Source: an uncultured Planctomycetota bacterium (GTDB lineage: Bacteria > Planctomycetota > JAJSAM01 > JAKLKS01). From it: 64,000 bases of DNA. The translations under genes were made by a program, and so were the position numbers. Every line of letters begins with the position of its first letter. Within the stretch, counting starts at the first letter, position 1. This document shows, piece after piece, positions 46,266 through 55,524 of this stretch. Below the pieces are notes generated by a model that was not told the DNA's origin, did not search any database, and was given only the letters and a program-made list of their open reading frames with translations. The stretch is taken from the NCBI GenBank assembly GCA_964607145.1, contig CAZSIX010000009.1:467-64466 (forward strand). Reading direction: 5' to 3'.

Positions 46266-49200
46266 TCGCAGCCGTCCTTTCCGAGGCGCCGCAGCGCCGC
46301 ATCGGCCTCGTCCCGGACCTGTTCGAACTGCTTGCGGAGTCCGGGCTTCACCTTGTCCGCCTTGGTGACCTCGTCCAGCGTGGCCATGCTCTTGAAGAGG
46401 GCGCAGACCGTCCGGAGGGGGCCGTCCGCCTTCAGGGCGACGCCCAGCGTGCGGTAGATGCCCATGTGGTGGAGCCGCCACTCGAACCAGCGGCCGCTGT
46501 ACTTCGTCCCCTCGGGCTTCTTCTCCTCGTCCGACACGGGGGCCGACTCGATGAGGAGCTGGTACAGGTTCACGGCGGAGATGGCGCTCTCGATCTTGGT
46601 GGCGCGCGCCTCGTGGCACCGCGCCAGGCTGTACATGAGGTCTGGGGTGCGCTTCACCAGTTCGAAGGTCGCGTTGCGCACGTTGGGGGACATGGTGCTC
46701 GACTCCCCCAGCTTCGTGAGGGCGAGTCCGGCGGCGAGGGCCGTGATTCCGTCGGGCCCGGCGCCGTCGTACACGCGCATGAGGTCTTCCTTGTCCGGGT
46801 TGGCGGAGGCGACCACGCCCTCCGCGCGCGCCTTGAGCGGCGCGCCGGCGGGGAGGAGCGACGCCCGCGCCACGGCGGCGGCCAGGAACTTCTTCACCTC
46901 GCCCTGGTACACCGACGCCTCCGTGCCCGGGGGCGGCGCGCTGATCACCTTGAGGAACTCGCGGACGCTCGAGAGGTCCGTCTGCGGCTTCACGAACAGC
47001 CGCTCCAACTTCGGCAGGGCGTCCTCGTAGCGCTGCTGGTCGATGAGGATGTCCACGAGGTGGACGCGGACCGTCTCGGCCGCCTCCTTGTCCCCCGCGG
47101 CCTCGTGCTGCTTGAGAGCGATCTCGAACTCCGCGGAGGCGCGGTCGAGGCGCCCCGCCTCCTGGTTCATCTTGCCGACGTACACGTGCATCTCGGGCCC
47201 CGCCGCCTCGGCGGAGGCGATCCAGAAGTCGTACAGGTCCACGGCGCGGCCCAGCATCTCCTTGGCGACCTGCGGGTCCTGTTCCGCCGCCGCCGCCCGC
47301 TCGTTCACCAGGGCGTTGGCGACGCCGAGGCACGCGGAGGCGGTCCACGGGGAGTCGGGAGTGCCGTCCTTGAGCGCCAGGGCCTCCTTCTCGGCCTCGG
47401 CGAGGCGGCCCTTCAGTTCGAGCAGCGACCGCACGCGGAGGAAGCGGATCCGCGGCAGGGCGTTGTCGAGGCCGGCGCCGGCGAACCGGGTCTCGAAGTC
47501 CTTCAGCGCCTCGACGACGCGGTCGTGGCGACCGAGGTCGAAGCGGGCGTTGGCGAGCCAGAACGTCCCCCAGCCCTGCGGCTGGCGCTGCGGCGGCGGC
47601 GTGTTGGCGTCGTTGAAGTAGGAGGCCCACTTCGCGAGGAACCCTTCGATGTGCTTCGCGGCGTCCTCGGGCTTGCCCATGAGGACCAGGCACTCGCCGA
47701 TGCGGCTCTGCGCGGTCCTGTGCTGGGCCTCGCTCTCGGGGATGGCCTTGAGGAGCGCGATGGCCTCCTGGAACGCCGCCGCGGCCTCCTCCGCGCGTTC
47801 CTGGCGCTGGAGGGAGGCGGCCCTGTCCATGGCGGCGCGTGCCTCGATGTACTTGAGCCCGCCGCCGGCGACCCACGCCAGGGCGGGTTCGCGCGTGAGG
47901 AACTCCCGCGCCCTCTCCGCCTCCGCGATGATCTCCTTGTCCCTGGTCCGCTGGCCCAGGGCCTGGAGCGAGGAGTGCAGGCCCAGCGCCGCCCGTCGGA
48001 TGTCCTCGTCCTCGTCGGCGCGCTTCATGGCGAGGTACCGCTTGACGGCCTGGTCGGCGGCCACGTACGCCTCGCGGTAGCGGTCGAGCTGCATGTAGCA
48101 GTAGAAGATGCTGCTCCACGTCTTCGCGTGGTACTCGTCGAGGAGGCGCTTCTGCCGCGCCGGGTCGGGCTCCTCCTCGCAGGCGAGCAGCGTGCGCTGG
48201 AAGGCGCGGATGGCCCGCCCGTACTGCCGGGCGTCGCCGCTGCCCTCCCCGGCCTTGAAGAGGACGTCCGGGCTGAGGCGGATGTTCGCGTCCGGCGGGA
48301 TGGAGGCGATGACGTCGTTGAGCGCCTGCTTCGCGACGTAGCTGACGCCGCGGCCCCAGGAGGGGTCGGCCTGCCCCGCCGACTGCGTGATGGCGTTGAT
48401 CTCGCGGATGGCGGCCTCGTGCTGGCCCGTCCTCGCCAGCGCGCGCGCCTTCTCGACCAGCGCCTCGAGCCCGTAGCGTGTGGACCGCGTGCGCTGCGGC
48501 AGCGCCTTCTCGACGCGCTGCATGGTCTCCACGTACAGGCGGGGATAGGAGACGGAGTCGAGGCTTCCCACCTGGTTGCACAGCGCGCCGAACTCCCGGC
48601 ACGACTCGAACACCACGTTGGAGAGGGCGAGGATGGTCTTCGCCCCGGGGAGGTCCGCGGCGCCGATGGCGACGTCGAACCAGTCCTTCGCGTCCTTGAG
48701 GTCCGTCGCGTTCCAGGTCCCCTTGCCCTCGGCGCGACGGCCGAAGGAGCGGCCCAGCCACTGGGCCACGTAGTAGCCGACGATCTCGCCGTCGGTCTCC
48801 TCGAGGAAAGGCATCAGTTCGTCGTCGATGGTCTTCGTCAGCCCCGCCGTGCGCAGCGCGTCGCCCACGGGATGCAGGAGGGCGCGATCGTGCATGGCGA
48901 CGCAGAGGTAGTACCAGGCGACGTTCCGCAACTGGAACCGCAGCTCGTCGTCCGGGTCGCCGGCCCTGCCCTTCGTGTTCTCCCGGTCCCGGACGAGCTT
49001 CAGCAGCCGGATGGCCTCGTCGAACGCCCCCTCCGCCTCCTTCCGCACTTCCTCGGGGTTGGGGAGGTCGGCGATCTTCTTGTTCAGGTAGTAGCCGAAG
49101 TCCTTGAGGAGGTTGGCGCCGTTGAACTCGGCGTCGGCGCCGTGGGCGCCGCCGGGGAACGCCTTGAGGAAGGCCGCGTAGGCCTTCCGCGCCGCATCGA

Positions 49201-49504
49201 ACCGCTGGCGGACCTCGGCGGGATCGGACTTGTCGATGCCGGCGAGCGTGAGCGCGGCCCGCCGGAGCAGTTCGCAGCGCGCGAACTCCGCCGCCTCGCG
49301 CTGCTTCGCGGAGGGGTTCCGCGTGAGCATGTTGTCGATCTCGGCCTGCGCGAGTTCCGTGTACCCGCGGGCGGCGAGACGCAGCGCGAACTGGACGTCG
49401 TCCTCGTCGTCGCCGGCGCGGGCGTGCCCGGCGCACAGGGTCAGCGCGACGACGCCGACGGCCAGGCGCGCCCACGGGCGCAGGGTTCGCGCAGGAGCAA
49501 CCAT
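46262..49504 (-). CDS. Large exported TPR/alpha-solenoid protein, 1080 aa
   Basis: Signal peptide ending HARA, then DEDDVQFALRLAARGYTELA and continuous TPR-like helical repeats. GAGG RBS. Confidence 0.8.
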   Translation of the reverse strand: MVAPARTLRPWARLAVGVVALTLCAGHARAGDDEDDVQFALRLAARGYTELAQAEIDNMLTRNPSAKQREAAEFARCELLRRAALTLAGIDKSDPAEVRQRFDAARKAYAAFLKAFPGGAHGADAEFNGANLLKDFGYYLNKKIADLPNPEEVRKEAEGAFDEAIRLLKLVRDRENTKGRAGDPDDELRFQLRNVAWYYLCVAMHDRALLHPVGDALRTAGLTKTIDDELMPFLEETDGEIVGYYVAQWLGRSFGRRAEGKGTWNATDLKDAKDWFDVAIGAADLPGAKTILALSNVVFESCREFGALCNQVGSLDSVSYPRLYVETMQRVEKALPQRTRSTRYGLEALVEKARALARTGQHEAAIREINAITQSAGQADPSWGRGVSYVAKQALNDVIASIPPDANIRLSPDVLFKAGEGSGDARQYGRAIRAFQRTLLACEEEPDPARQKRLLDEYHAKTWSSIFYCYMQLDRYREAYVAADQAVKRYLAMKRADEDEDIRRAALGLHSSLQALGQRTRDKEIIAEAERAREFLTREPALAWVAGGGLKYIEARAAMDRAASLQRQERAEEAAAAFQEAIALLKAIPESEAQHRTAQSRIGECLVLMGKPEDAAKHIEGFLAKWASYFNDANTPPPQRQPQGWGTFWLANARFDLGRHDRVVEALKDFETRFAGAGLDNALPRIRFLRVRSLLELKGRLAEAEKEALALKDGTPDSPWTASACLGVANALVNERAAAAEQDPQVAKEMLGRAVDLYDFWIASAEAAGPEMHVYVGKMNQEAGRLDRASAEFEIALKQHEAAGDKEAAETVRVHLVDILIDQQRYEDALPKLERLFVKPQTDLSSVREFLKVISAPPPGTEASVYQGEVKKFLAAAVARASLLPAGAPLKARAEGVVASANPDKEDLMRVYDGAGPDGITALAAGLALTKLGESSTMSPNVRNATFELVKRTPDLMYSLARCHEARATKIESAISAVNLYQLLIESAPVSDEEKKPEGTKYSGRWFEWRLHHMGIYRTLGVALKADGPLRTVCALFKSMATLDEVTKADKVKPGLRKQFEQVRDEADAALRRLGKDGCE

Positions 49505-49623
49505 CCGGTACCTCGCGTGCGTGGGGGGGGTGGATGCACGTGCGGCCGCGGAACGGGGCGGCGGACCACAACGGGGCACCCCGTCCCGGCTGCCCACGGC
49601 CGGAACGACATCGATGGGGCGTG

Positions 49624-49651
49624 ATGATAGGTCTCCGGGGAGAGGGGGCAA
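49624..49651 (-). promoter_or_regulatory. Putative promoter of the TPR-TPR-exbB-exbD-exbD operon, TTGCCC-N16-TATCAT
   Basis: Hexamers lie in a local AT-rich patch of a roughly 300-nt intergenic gap. Confidence 0.45.
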
Positions 49652-49809
49652 TTTCTTTCGATCCCCGGACGCGTCCCGTGTGGCCTGCATGGGGAGTCTC
49701 CCGTGGGGAACGGGGCGGGACGCGACGACAGCGTACCACGATCCGGCGAATCGTGTCGGCGCCGGCGGGGTTCCCTCCCGCGCGCGCTGCCCCGCCTCCT
49801 CCGGACCGC

Positions 49810-50751
49810 TCAACGCGGGACCAGGGGTCCCGGCCCGGCGGCGCGGAGGATGCGCCTCTCCTCCGCGGGTCCTCGCAGCACGACCTCCGGCACTTCCACC
49901 GGGATCCCGGGCAGCAGGCGCTCCGTCGTCTCCATGGTCCCGTCGGCCCGCCGCAGGACGCGGCCGTCCGGCAGGAACCGCGGCACGGGTTCGATCCGCG
50001 GCTCCGTCACGCGGAGCGCCCGCACCGCCTCCAGCACGTACTCCGTCTGGAAGTCCACCGGCGTCCCCTGGTCGGCGACGGAGGAGAGTCCGCCGACGAC
50101 CTGCGTCTCGGACAGGTGGAACGGCGCCTCCACGGCCCGGCCGTCGTAGGCGCGCCGCAGGATCAGCAGGGCGCTGCGCGTCTCCATGTTGGCGCTCTCC
50201 GCCCGCAGGATCTCGACGGGAACGCGGAAGGGGATGGACACGCGCTCCTCCTCCGCCGCCGCCACCCCCAGCGGCGTGGCGGTGACGACCAGGGTGCCGG
50301 CCACCGCCGACACCGGTGTGCGGAGGACATCGGTGCCCGCGGGGACATCCAGTTCCAGCGTCCCCGGTCCACCCAGCCCGGAGACGCGCACGGTGGTCCC
50401 CCGGGAACCGGCGGCCGCGCTCCAGCGGGCCACGAGGCGACCCTCGGAAACGCTTCCGTCGAGACGCGCCACGCGCACCGGCGGCGCCGCCTTCGAGGGG
50501 AGAGGCCCCAGTCGCCGCTCCGCGAACGCCGGGGGCGCCGGGGCCGCGAGGAGCAGCGCCTCGGCGCGGCGGGCCCGGGCCAGCGCCGCTCCGGCACCCA
50601 CGCCGTCGGCGGTGACCGCTGCGGGCGGGGGTGGGGGAACCGCGTGCCGGGCGGAGGCGAGGTAGGCGGGGAGGAAGGATGCCGCCCCCACCAGCGCGGC
50701 CGCGGCCAGCGCCACGGCGTCGGCGCGACCGGCGGAACGGTGCCCCGTCAT
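49810..50751 (-). CDS. Hypothetical membrane-anchored protein with beta-rich periplasmic part, 313 aa
   Basis: N-terminal TM helix, Pro-rich linker and predicted beta strands. ATGA-coupled to the upstream gene. Confidence 0.6.
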   Translation of the reverse strand: MTGHRSAGRADAVALAAAALVGAASFLPAYLASARHAVPPPPPAAVTADGVGAGAALARARRAEALLLAAPAPPAFAERRLGPLPSKAAPPVRVARLDGSVSEGRLVARWSAAAGSRGTTVRVSGLGGPGTLELDVPAGTDVLRTPVSAVAGTLVVTATPLGVAAAEEERVSIPFRVPVEILRAESANMETRSALLILRRAYDGRAVEAPFHLSETQVVGGLSSVADQGTPVDFQTEYVLEAVRALRVTEPRIEPVPRFLPDGRVLRRADGTMETTERLLPGIPVEVPEVVLRGPAEERRILRAAGPGPLVPR

Positions 50752-51131
50752 GGAGCCCGCTCCAGGACGACCCGGCACCGGGCCCGCCCGGGGGAGTCCT
50801 CCAGGGCGTCCACCTCCAGCGAGAGGAGCGGCGCGCCGCTCTCCGCCACCCACCGGAGCACCTCCGGCACGGCGGACCACGGGACATCCCCCACCCAGCG
50901 ATCCGCACCGTCGGCCAGGAGCCCGGCGGGAGGCGTCGGAGAGGGGCCGGGGAGGAGGCCCTCCAGCGCGGCACACCGCGCGGGCACGGGATCCGGGGTC
51001 GCGGCGGGGAGGACGGCCGCGGGGTCGGCCGCCGGGGCCGCCGGCCCGAAGAGGGCCGCGGGCACCAGCGTCGCCCACGCGGCGACGCAGCCGACGACGG
51101 TGGCGGCGAACAGAAGCGCCCCGCGGGTCAT
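50748..51131 (-). CDS. GspM/PilO-like small membrane protein, 127 aa
   Basis: TM helix followed by VPWSAVPEVLRWVAESGAPLLSLEVDALEDSPGRARCRVVL, resembling the GspM periplasmic ferredoxin-like pattern. ATGA overlap. Confidence 0.55.
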   Translation of the reverse strand: MTRGALLFAATVVGCVAAWATLVPAALFGPAAPAADPAAVLPAATPDPVPARCAALEGLLPGPSPTPPAGLLADGADRWVGDVPWSAVPEVLRWVAESGAPLLSLEVDALEDSPGRARCRVVLERAP

Positions 51132-52672
51132 TTCCGATCCGCCGCGCCGGGGGGGGCGTCGGAGACGGTCCGGTGGAGCAGGGTGCGATCCCCCCCCGGC
51201 TCCGCCGTCCAGCCGCGGTCCGCCAGGGACGCCCAGACCCCGGCGGCGGGACCGGGCCCCACCCGGGGACCCCCCTCCCACCAGACGTCCAGCGCATGGC
51301 CACCGGCGATGCGGGTGACCCGCAGTGCCACCAGACCCGCTCCCGGTACGCGGCCGTCGGGGGCCGCCTCGTCCAGCGTCGCCAGGGCCCTTCGCAGGGA
51401 GGCCGCCCGCTCCACGGCGCCGGAGGCCCGGCCCAGCCGCTCCACGGCTCCGCGCCGCTCCGCCGTGGCCTCGCCGGTGACCGGCGAAGCGCCGGGGGGC
51501 CGACGGGCCCCGCCCACCTCCAGGGAGTAGAGGATGGACGCGGCGGTGCACGCCGCCAGCACCGCCGCCGCCAGGGGGTACAGGGTGCGCTCCCGGGGGG
51601 CGGGAAGGTCCTGCGGGAGGGTCCGGAACTCGAGGTCCCGCTGTCCCTCGTCGAGGGCCGCCGCGGCGGCCGCCAGGGGCGCCAGGAGGGACGGGAGAGC
51701 CGCCTGCAGGAGTTCCGGCCGGACGCGGGGGCCGGCCCGCACGCCCGCCGTGAGGGCGGGGGGCGGGCTGCCGGGGCACTGCGCGCACCGCACCAGCGCC
51801 GCCCGGAGGCCCGGTCGGGAGGCGGCGGGCCCCACCGGGAGGAACGTCTCCTCGCCGGTGCCCTTGACGAGGGAACGATGGTAGTCCATGGCGCGTCGGA
51901 CGTCCGCCGCGAAGGGAGCCAGCGCCGCGTCCAGCAGGGCCGCCGCGGGGTCCGCGGCGGTGGCCGGGTCGCGATCCAGCGCCGCCGCCGCGGAGGCCCC
52001 GGGGGCGCGCCTGGCGAGGTCCGCCTCCAGGTCCCGGCAACCCCACGGCAGGAGGTACTGCACGCTCTGCGCCCCGTCCACGGCGAGGAGCCGGGACCAG
52101 GTGCCCTCCATCTGGAGCAGGTACCCGCGGCGAGGGGCGACGCCCAGCCCCTCGGCGGCGTGGATCAGCGCCACGGGGACCAGGGAAATCCCGACCGCCG
52201 TCAGTCCCGCCTCGCGGAACGCCGCCTCCGTCCGCCCGAGGATCTCCCGGCGCGCGGCGGCGACGCGGAAATCGAGGGCACCGGCGTCCCCCAGCCGGCG
52301 CCAGCGCAGCTCCACTTCGCGCCCGTCGTAGGCCGTGAAGTCCTGGAGTTCCTGGGCCAGCTCCGCGTCCGGGAGGTCCGCGTCGTCGGCGGCGATGCGG
52401 AAGGTGCGGCACACGCCGCCGCGGGAGGGGAGCACGACCTGGAGCCCGTGATCCTGGAGGCGCCTCCGGCGGACCGCCGCCACGGCGATGGAGAGCGGAT
52501 CCTCGCCGGCGGCCACCGGGACCGTCCACCACTCAAGGACATCGAGGGGACCCTCGGGAGAGCGGCGGACGCGCACGGCCGTGATGGCCGTCTCGCCGAT
52601 CTCCAGGCCCCAGATGGGTGTGGGGTGCAACGGACCTCCGGGCGGACCTCCCTCCACGGACTTTCCCGACAC
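51128..52672 (-). CDS. PilM-like actin-fold protein with C-terminal TM/PilN-like extension (GspL-like fusion), 514 aa
   Basis: IWGLEIGETAITAVRV matches the PilM N-terminus. Also AGLTAVGISLVPVALIHA and DVRRAMDYHR. TM helix near residue 385. Confidence 0.7.
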   Translation of the reverse strand: MSGKSVEGGPPGGPLHPTPIWGLEIGETAITAVRVRRSPEGPLDVLEWWTVPVAAGEDPLSIAVAAVRRRRLQDHGLQVVLPSRGGVCRTFRIAADDADLPDAELAQELQDFTAYDGREVELRWRRLGDAGALDFRVAAARREILGRTEAAFREAGLTAVGISLVPVALIHAAEGLGVAPRRGYLLQMEGTWSRLLAVDGAQSVQYLLPWGCRDLEADLARRAPGASAAAALDRDPATAADPAAALLDAALAPFAADVRRAMDYHRSLVKGTGEETFLPVGPAASRPGLRAALVRCAQCPGSPPPALTAGVRAGPRVRPELLQAALPSLLAPLAAAAAALDEGQRDLEFRTLPQDLPAPRERTLYPLAAAVLAACTAASILYSLEVGGARRPPGASPVTGEATAERRGAVERLGRASGAVERAASLRRALATLDEAAPDGRVPGAGLVALRVTRIAGGHALDVWWEGGPRVGPGPAAGVWASLADRGWTAEPGGDRTLLHRTVSDAPPGAADRK

Positions 52673-52708
52673 GTGGCGGCGCGAGGGTAACCGCGGAGGC
52701 GGGGAGCG

Positions 52709-53506
52709 TCAAGGCGCGTCGAGGAGCGTTCGCAGCGTCCGGAAGTCCGCGCGGCCCTCGGGCTCCGCCGCGGGGTTGCGGAGGAGGTACGACGGGTGGT
52801 AGGTGGGCAGGAACAGGAACTCCCCCCGCCGCACGGGGCGCCCCCGCAGGCGCGTGATCCCCTCCCGCGTCTGGAGGAGCGCCTGGGTGGCCGGGTTGCC
52901 CAGGGGGACGAGGACGCGGGGCCGCACCGCCGCCACCTGCCGGCGCAGGAAGGGGAGGCAGGCCGCCGTCTCGTCGGGCTGGGGCGCGCGATTGCCGGGG
53001 GGACGGCACTTCACGATGTTCGCGATGAACACCTGCTCCGGTTCCCGCCCCAGTTCCTCGCGGATGAGCCGCCGGAGCAGTTGCCCCGCCCGCCCCACGA
53101 AGGGGCGGCCGGAGAGGTCCTCCTGCTCCCCCGGGCCCTCGCCGACGAACATGACCGCCGCCTCCGGATCCCCCTCGCCGGGCACCGTGAGCGTGCGGCC
53201 CCGGCAGAGGCCGCAGGCGGTACACGCGGCCACCTCCCCGGCGACGGCGGCGAGGACCGACTCCCGGGCGGCGCGGGACAGGGAGGGCAGGGGACGCCGG
53301 ACCCCTTCGGGGGGGGCGGCGGCCTCCGGGGGCGGGGCCGCCGGGGAGGGCCGCCGGCGGGGAGGGGGCGGCGGGGCCAGCCGGGCGGCGGGGGACGGGT
53401 CCTCCATGAGGAGCCACTCCTCGCCCCCCTCCGCCTGCGCCGCGTGGAACGCGCGGAGTTCCGCCGCCAGGGCGGCGAGTTCGCGACGGGAGGGGGGGCG
53501 GGCCAC
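52709..53506 (-). CDS. Uracil-DNA glycosylase, family 4
   Basis: CTACGLC Fe-S motif, VGEGPGEQEDLSGRPFVGRAG, NIVKCRPPGNR and TYHPSYLLR. Confidence 0.95.
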   Translation of the reverse strand: MARPPSRRELAALAAELRAFHAAQAEGGEEWLLMEDPSPAARLAPPPPPRRRPSPAAPPPEAAAPPEGVRRPLPSLSRAARESVLAAVAGEVAACTACGLCRGRTLTVPGEGDPEAAVMFVGEGPGEQEDLSGRPFVGRAGQLLRRLIREELGREPEQVFIANIVKCRPPGNRAPQPDETAACLPFLRRQVAAVRPRVLVPLGNPATQALLQTREGITRLRGRPVRRGEFLFLPTYHPSYLLRNPAAEPEGRADFRTLRTLLDAP

Positions 53507-53509
53507 GGG

Positions 53510-54541
53510 TTATGCGTCCTGGGGAGGCGGGCCCGAGTCGTCGGCGGGGAAGAGGGCGGTCTCCACCGCGGCCACCAGGGCGGTCTCCGCCGCCGCCAGG
53601 GGACCGGGGAACGAGCACCCCGCCGCCCGGGGGTGGCCCCCGCCGCCGAACCGGGCCGCCACCCCGTGGACCCCCAGGGGGCAGCGGCTCCGGAGGCTCA
53701 CCCGGGTGGGGCGCCCCTCCCCTGGATCCGTGAAGAGGAGGGCCACCAGGGTCCGCTCCAGGCTCACGGGGATGCGGACGAGGTCGGGGAGCTCGTCCAT
53801 GGGCACGCCGTGGCGGGCCGCCATCCCCGCGGACACGGACAGCCAGGCGATGGCGCCGTCCCGCGAAGTCCGGAGACCGGCGGTCGCCTCCGCCTCCAGC
53901 CGCCAGGACCCCTCCGTGCGCCTGCGGTCCAGCCACCGGGTCACCTGCTCCGGCCGCACCCCCGCCTCCAGGAACGCCGCCGCCGCCTCGTGGGACCTGG
54001 GGTCCGTGTTGGAGTACGCGAAGTGGCCCGTGTCCGTGACGAGGGCGGTGTAGAGGCAGAGGGCCGTCTCCCCGTCCAGCGGGATCGCCAGGTCCCGCAG
54101 GAGGTCCAGGGCCATGAGGCCCGTGGCGGCGTAGCCGGGATCGACCCAGGCGCGGGTCCCGAACCGCTCGTTGCCGGCGTGGTGGTCGACGTTCAGGAAG
54201 GCCCCCGCCCCCAGGGCCGTGGGGAGCAGCACCCCCAGCCGGCCCGCGGCGCCGCAGTCCAGCGAGACCACCGTGTCCGGTCCGTCCCAGGGGGCGGGGA
54301 GGCGGCCGTCGCCGGGGACCGCCAGGGCCCTGTCGCTGCCGGGGAGGAACCGGAGCGAGCGGGGGAGCGGGGTCGGGAAGGCCACCGCCGTTTCGATCCC
54401 CGTCGCGCGGAGGCCGCGGGCCAGCGCCAGCGCGCTCCCGGCGCCGTCGGCGTCCACGTTCTCGTGGCTCGTGAGGAGGACCCGGCGGGCCCCCCGCAGG
54501 GCCGACGCCACGGCGGCACGATCGGAGTCCGGGGGGGGCAC
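53510..54541 (-). CDS. DHH/DHHA1 phosphoesterase (NrnA-like oligoribonuclease / pAp phosphatase)
   Basis: HENVDADGAGS, LDC, VDHH, TDTGHF, SLRS and GGGHPRAAG. Start trimmed to GTG 54541. Confidence 0.93.
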   Translation of the reverse strand: MPPPDSDRAAVASALRGARRVLLTSHENVDADGAGSALALARGLRATGIETAVAFPTPLPRSLRFLPGSDRALAVPGDGRLPAPWDGPDTVVSLDCGAAGRLGVLLPTALGAGAFLNVDHHAGNERFGTRAWVDPGYAATGLMALDLLRDLAIPLDGETALCLYTALVTDTGHFAYSNTDPRSHEAAAAFLEAGVRPEQVTRWLDRRRTEGSWRLEAEATAGLRTSRDGAIAWLSVSAGMAARHGVPMDELPDLVRIPVSLERTLVALLFTDPGEGRPTRVSLRSRCPLGVHGVAARFGGGGHPRAAGCSFPGPLAAAETALVAAVETALFPADDSGPPPQDA

Positions 54542-54678
54542 CGCGGCATCGTGCCACGGGGGAGACCCCCGGCGAAGCACCGGCGGGCGGGGATCGTGCC
54601 CCGCTCCCCTCCCGTGCCGGTACGCTTCCGCCCCCCGGGCGCGGTGGCGCGGGGACTTCGAGGGACCGGGCCCGATCC

Positions 54679-55452
54679 ATGCTCGTGAGCGTCGTCATCC
54701 CCCTGTTCAACGAGGAGCCGGAGGTCTTCGGGCTCCTCGATGACCTCGCCCTCATGGGCGCCGCGCTGGAGCGACTGCAGCACCGGGTGGAGTTCATCCT
54801 CGTGGATGACGGCTCCACCGACGGCACCGCCTTCGCCCTCTCCGTGAAGTGCCGCGGCCGCCGCGACCTGCGCGTCGTCGCCCATCCCGTGAACCGCGGC
54901 TTCGGGGCGGCGCTGCGCACCGGCGTGGAGGCCGCGCGGGGGAGCGTCATCGTCTGCTGCGACGCCGATCGCCCCTACCCCCCGGGGGACGCCGCGCTGC
55001 TGGTGGAGGCGGTCCAGGGACCGGAGGGGGCGGACGTGGCCACCGTGTCCCCGTGGGCGACGGGGGGGCGCGTCACCGGCGTCCCCATGGGGCGGGTCCT
55101 GCTCTCCCGGGGCGCCTCCCTTCTCTACCGCATCGTGCTGGGGCGCCGCGCCCGCGGGCTCACGTGCTTCACCGCGTCCTTCCGCGCCTACAAGGGGGAG
55201 GTCCTGCGCGGGCTTCCCTTCGGCGCCGACGACTTCCTGGCTCCGGCGGAGATCATGTCCAGGGCCGTGGCCCGGGGCCTGCGCGTCATCGAGATTCCGG
55301 CGACCCTCGTCGCAAGGAGAACCGGGACCAGCAAACTCCGCGTGCTCCGCACCGTGGGGCGCCACCTGGGACTCCTGACCCGCATCGCGCTGGGACGGAA
55401 CCACGGACCGCCGCTCGAGGAACCGGGGGGAGTGGACTCGGCGCTCCGGTGA
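54679..55452 (+). CDS. GT2 glycosyltransferase, polyprenol-phosphate sugar synthase (Dpm1/ArnC-like)
   Basis: SVVIPLFNEE, VDDGSTDGT, HPVNRGFGAAL, DAD, FRAY and RRTGTSK. Confidence 0.9.
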   Translation: MLVSVVIPLFNEEPEVFGLLDDLALMGAALERLQHRVEFILVDDGSTDGTAFALSVKCRGRRDLRVVAHPVNRGFGAALRTGVEAARGSVIVCCDADRPYPPGDAALLVEAVQGPEGADVATVSPWATGGRVTGVPMGRVLLSRGASLLYRIVLGRRARGLTCFTASFRAYKGEVLRGLPFGADDFLAPAEIMSRAVARGLRVIEIPATLVARRTGTSKLRVLRTVGRHLGLLTRIALGRNHGPPLEEPGGVDSALR

Positions 55453-55524
55453 GTCACCCCCCGGTCACCGCGCCCGCGTTGGTTCTCCACCGCCGCGGGG
55501 GCCCGCCGTACCCTCCCGCGGATC

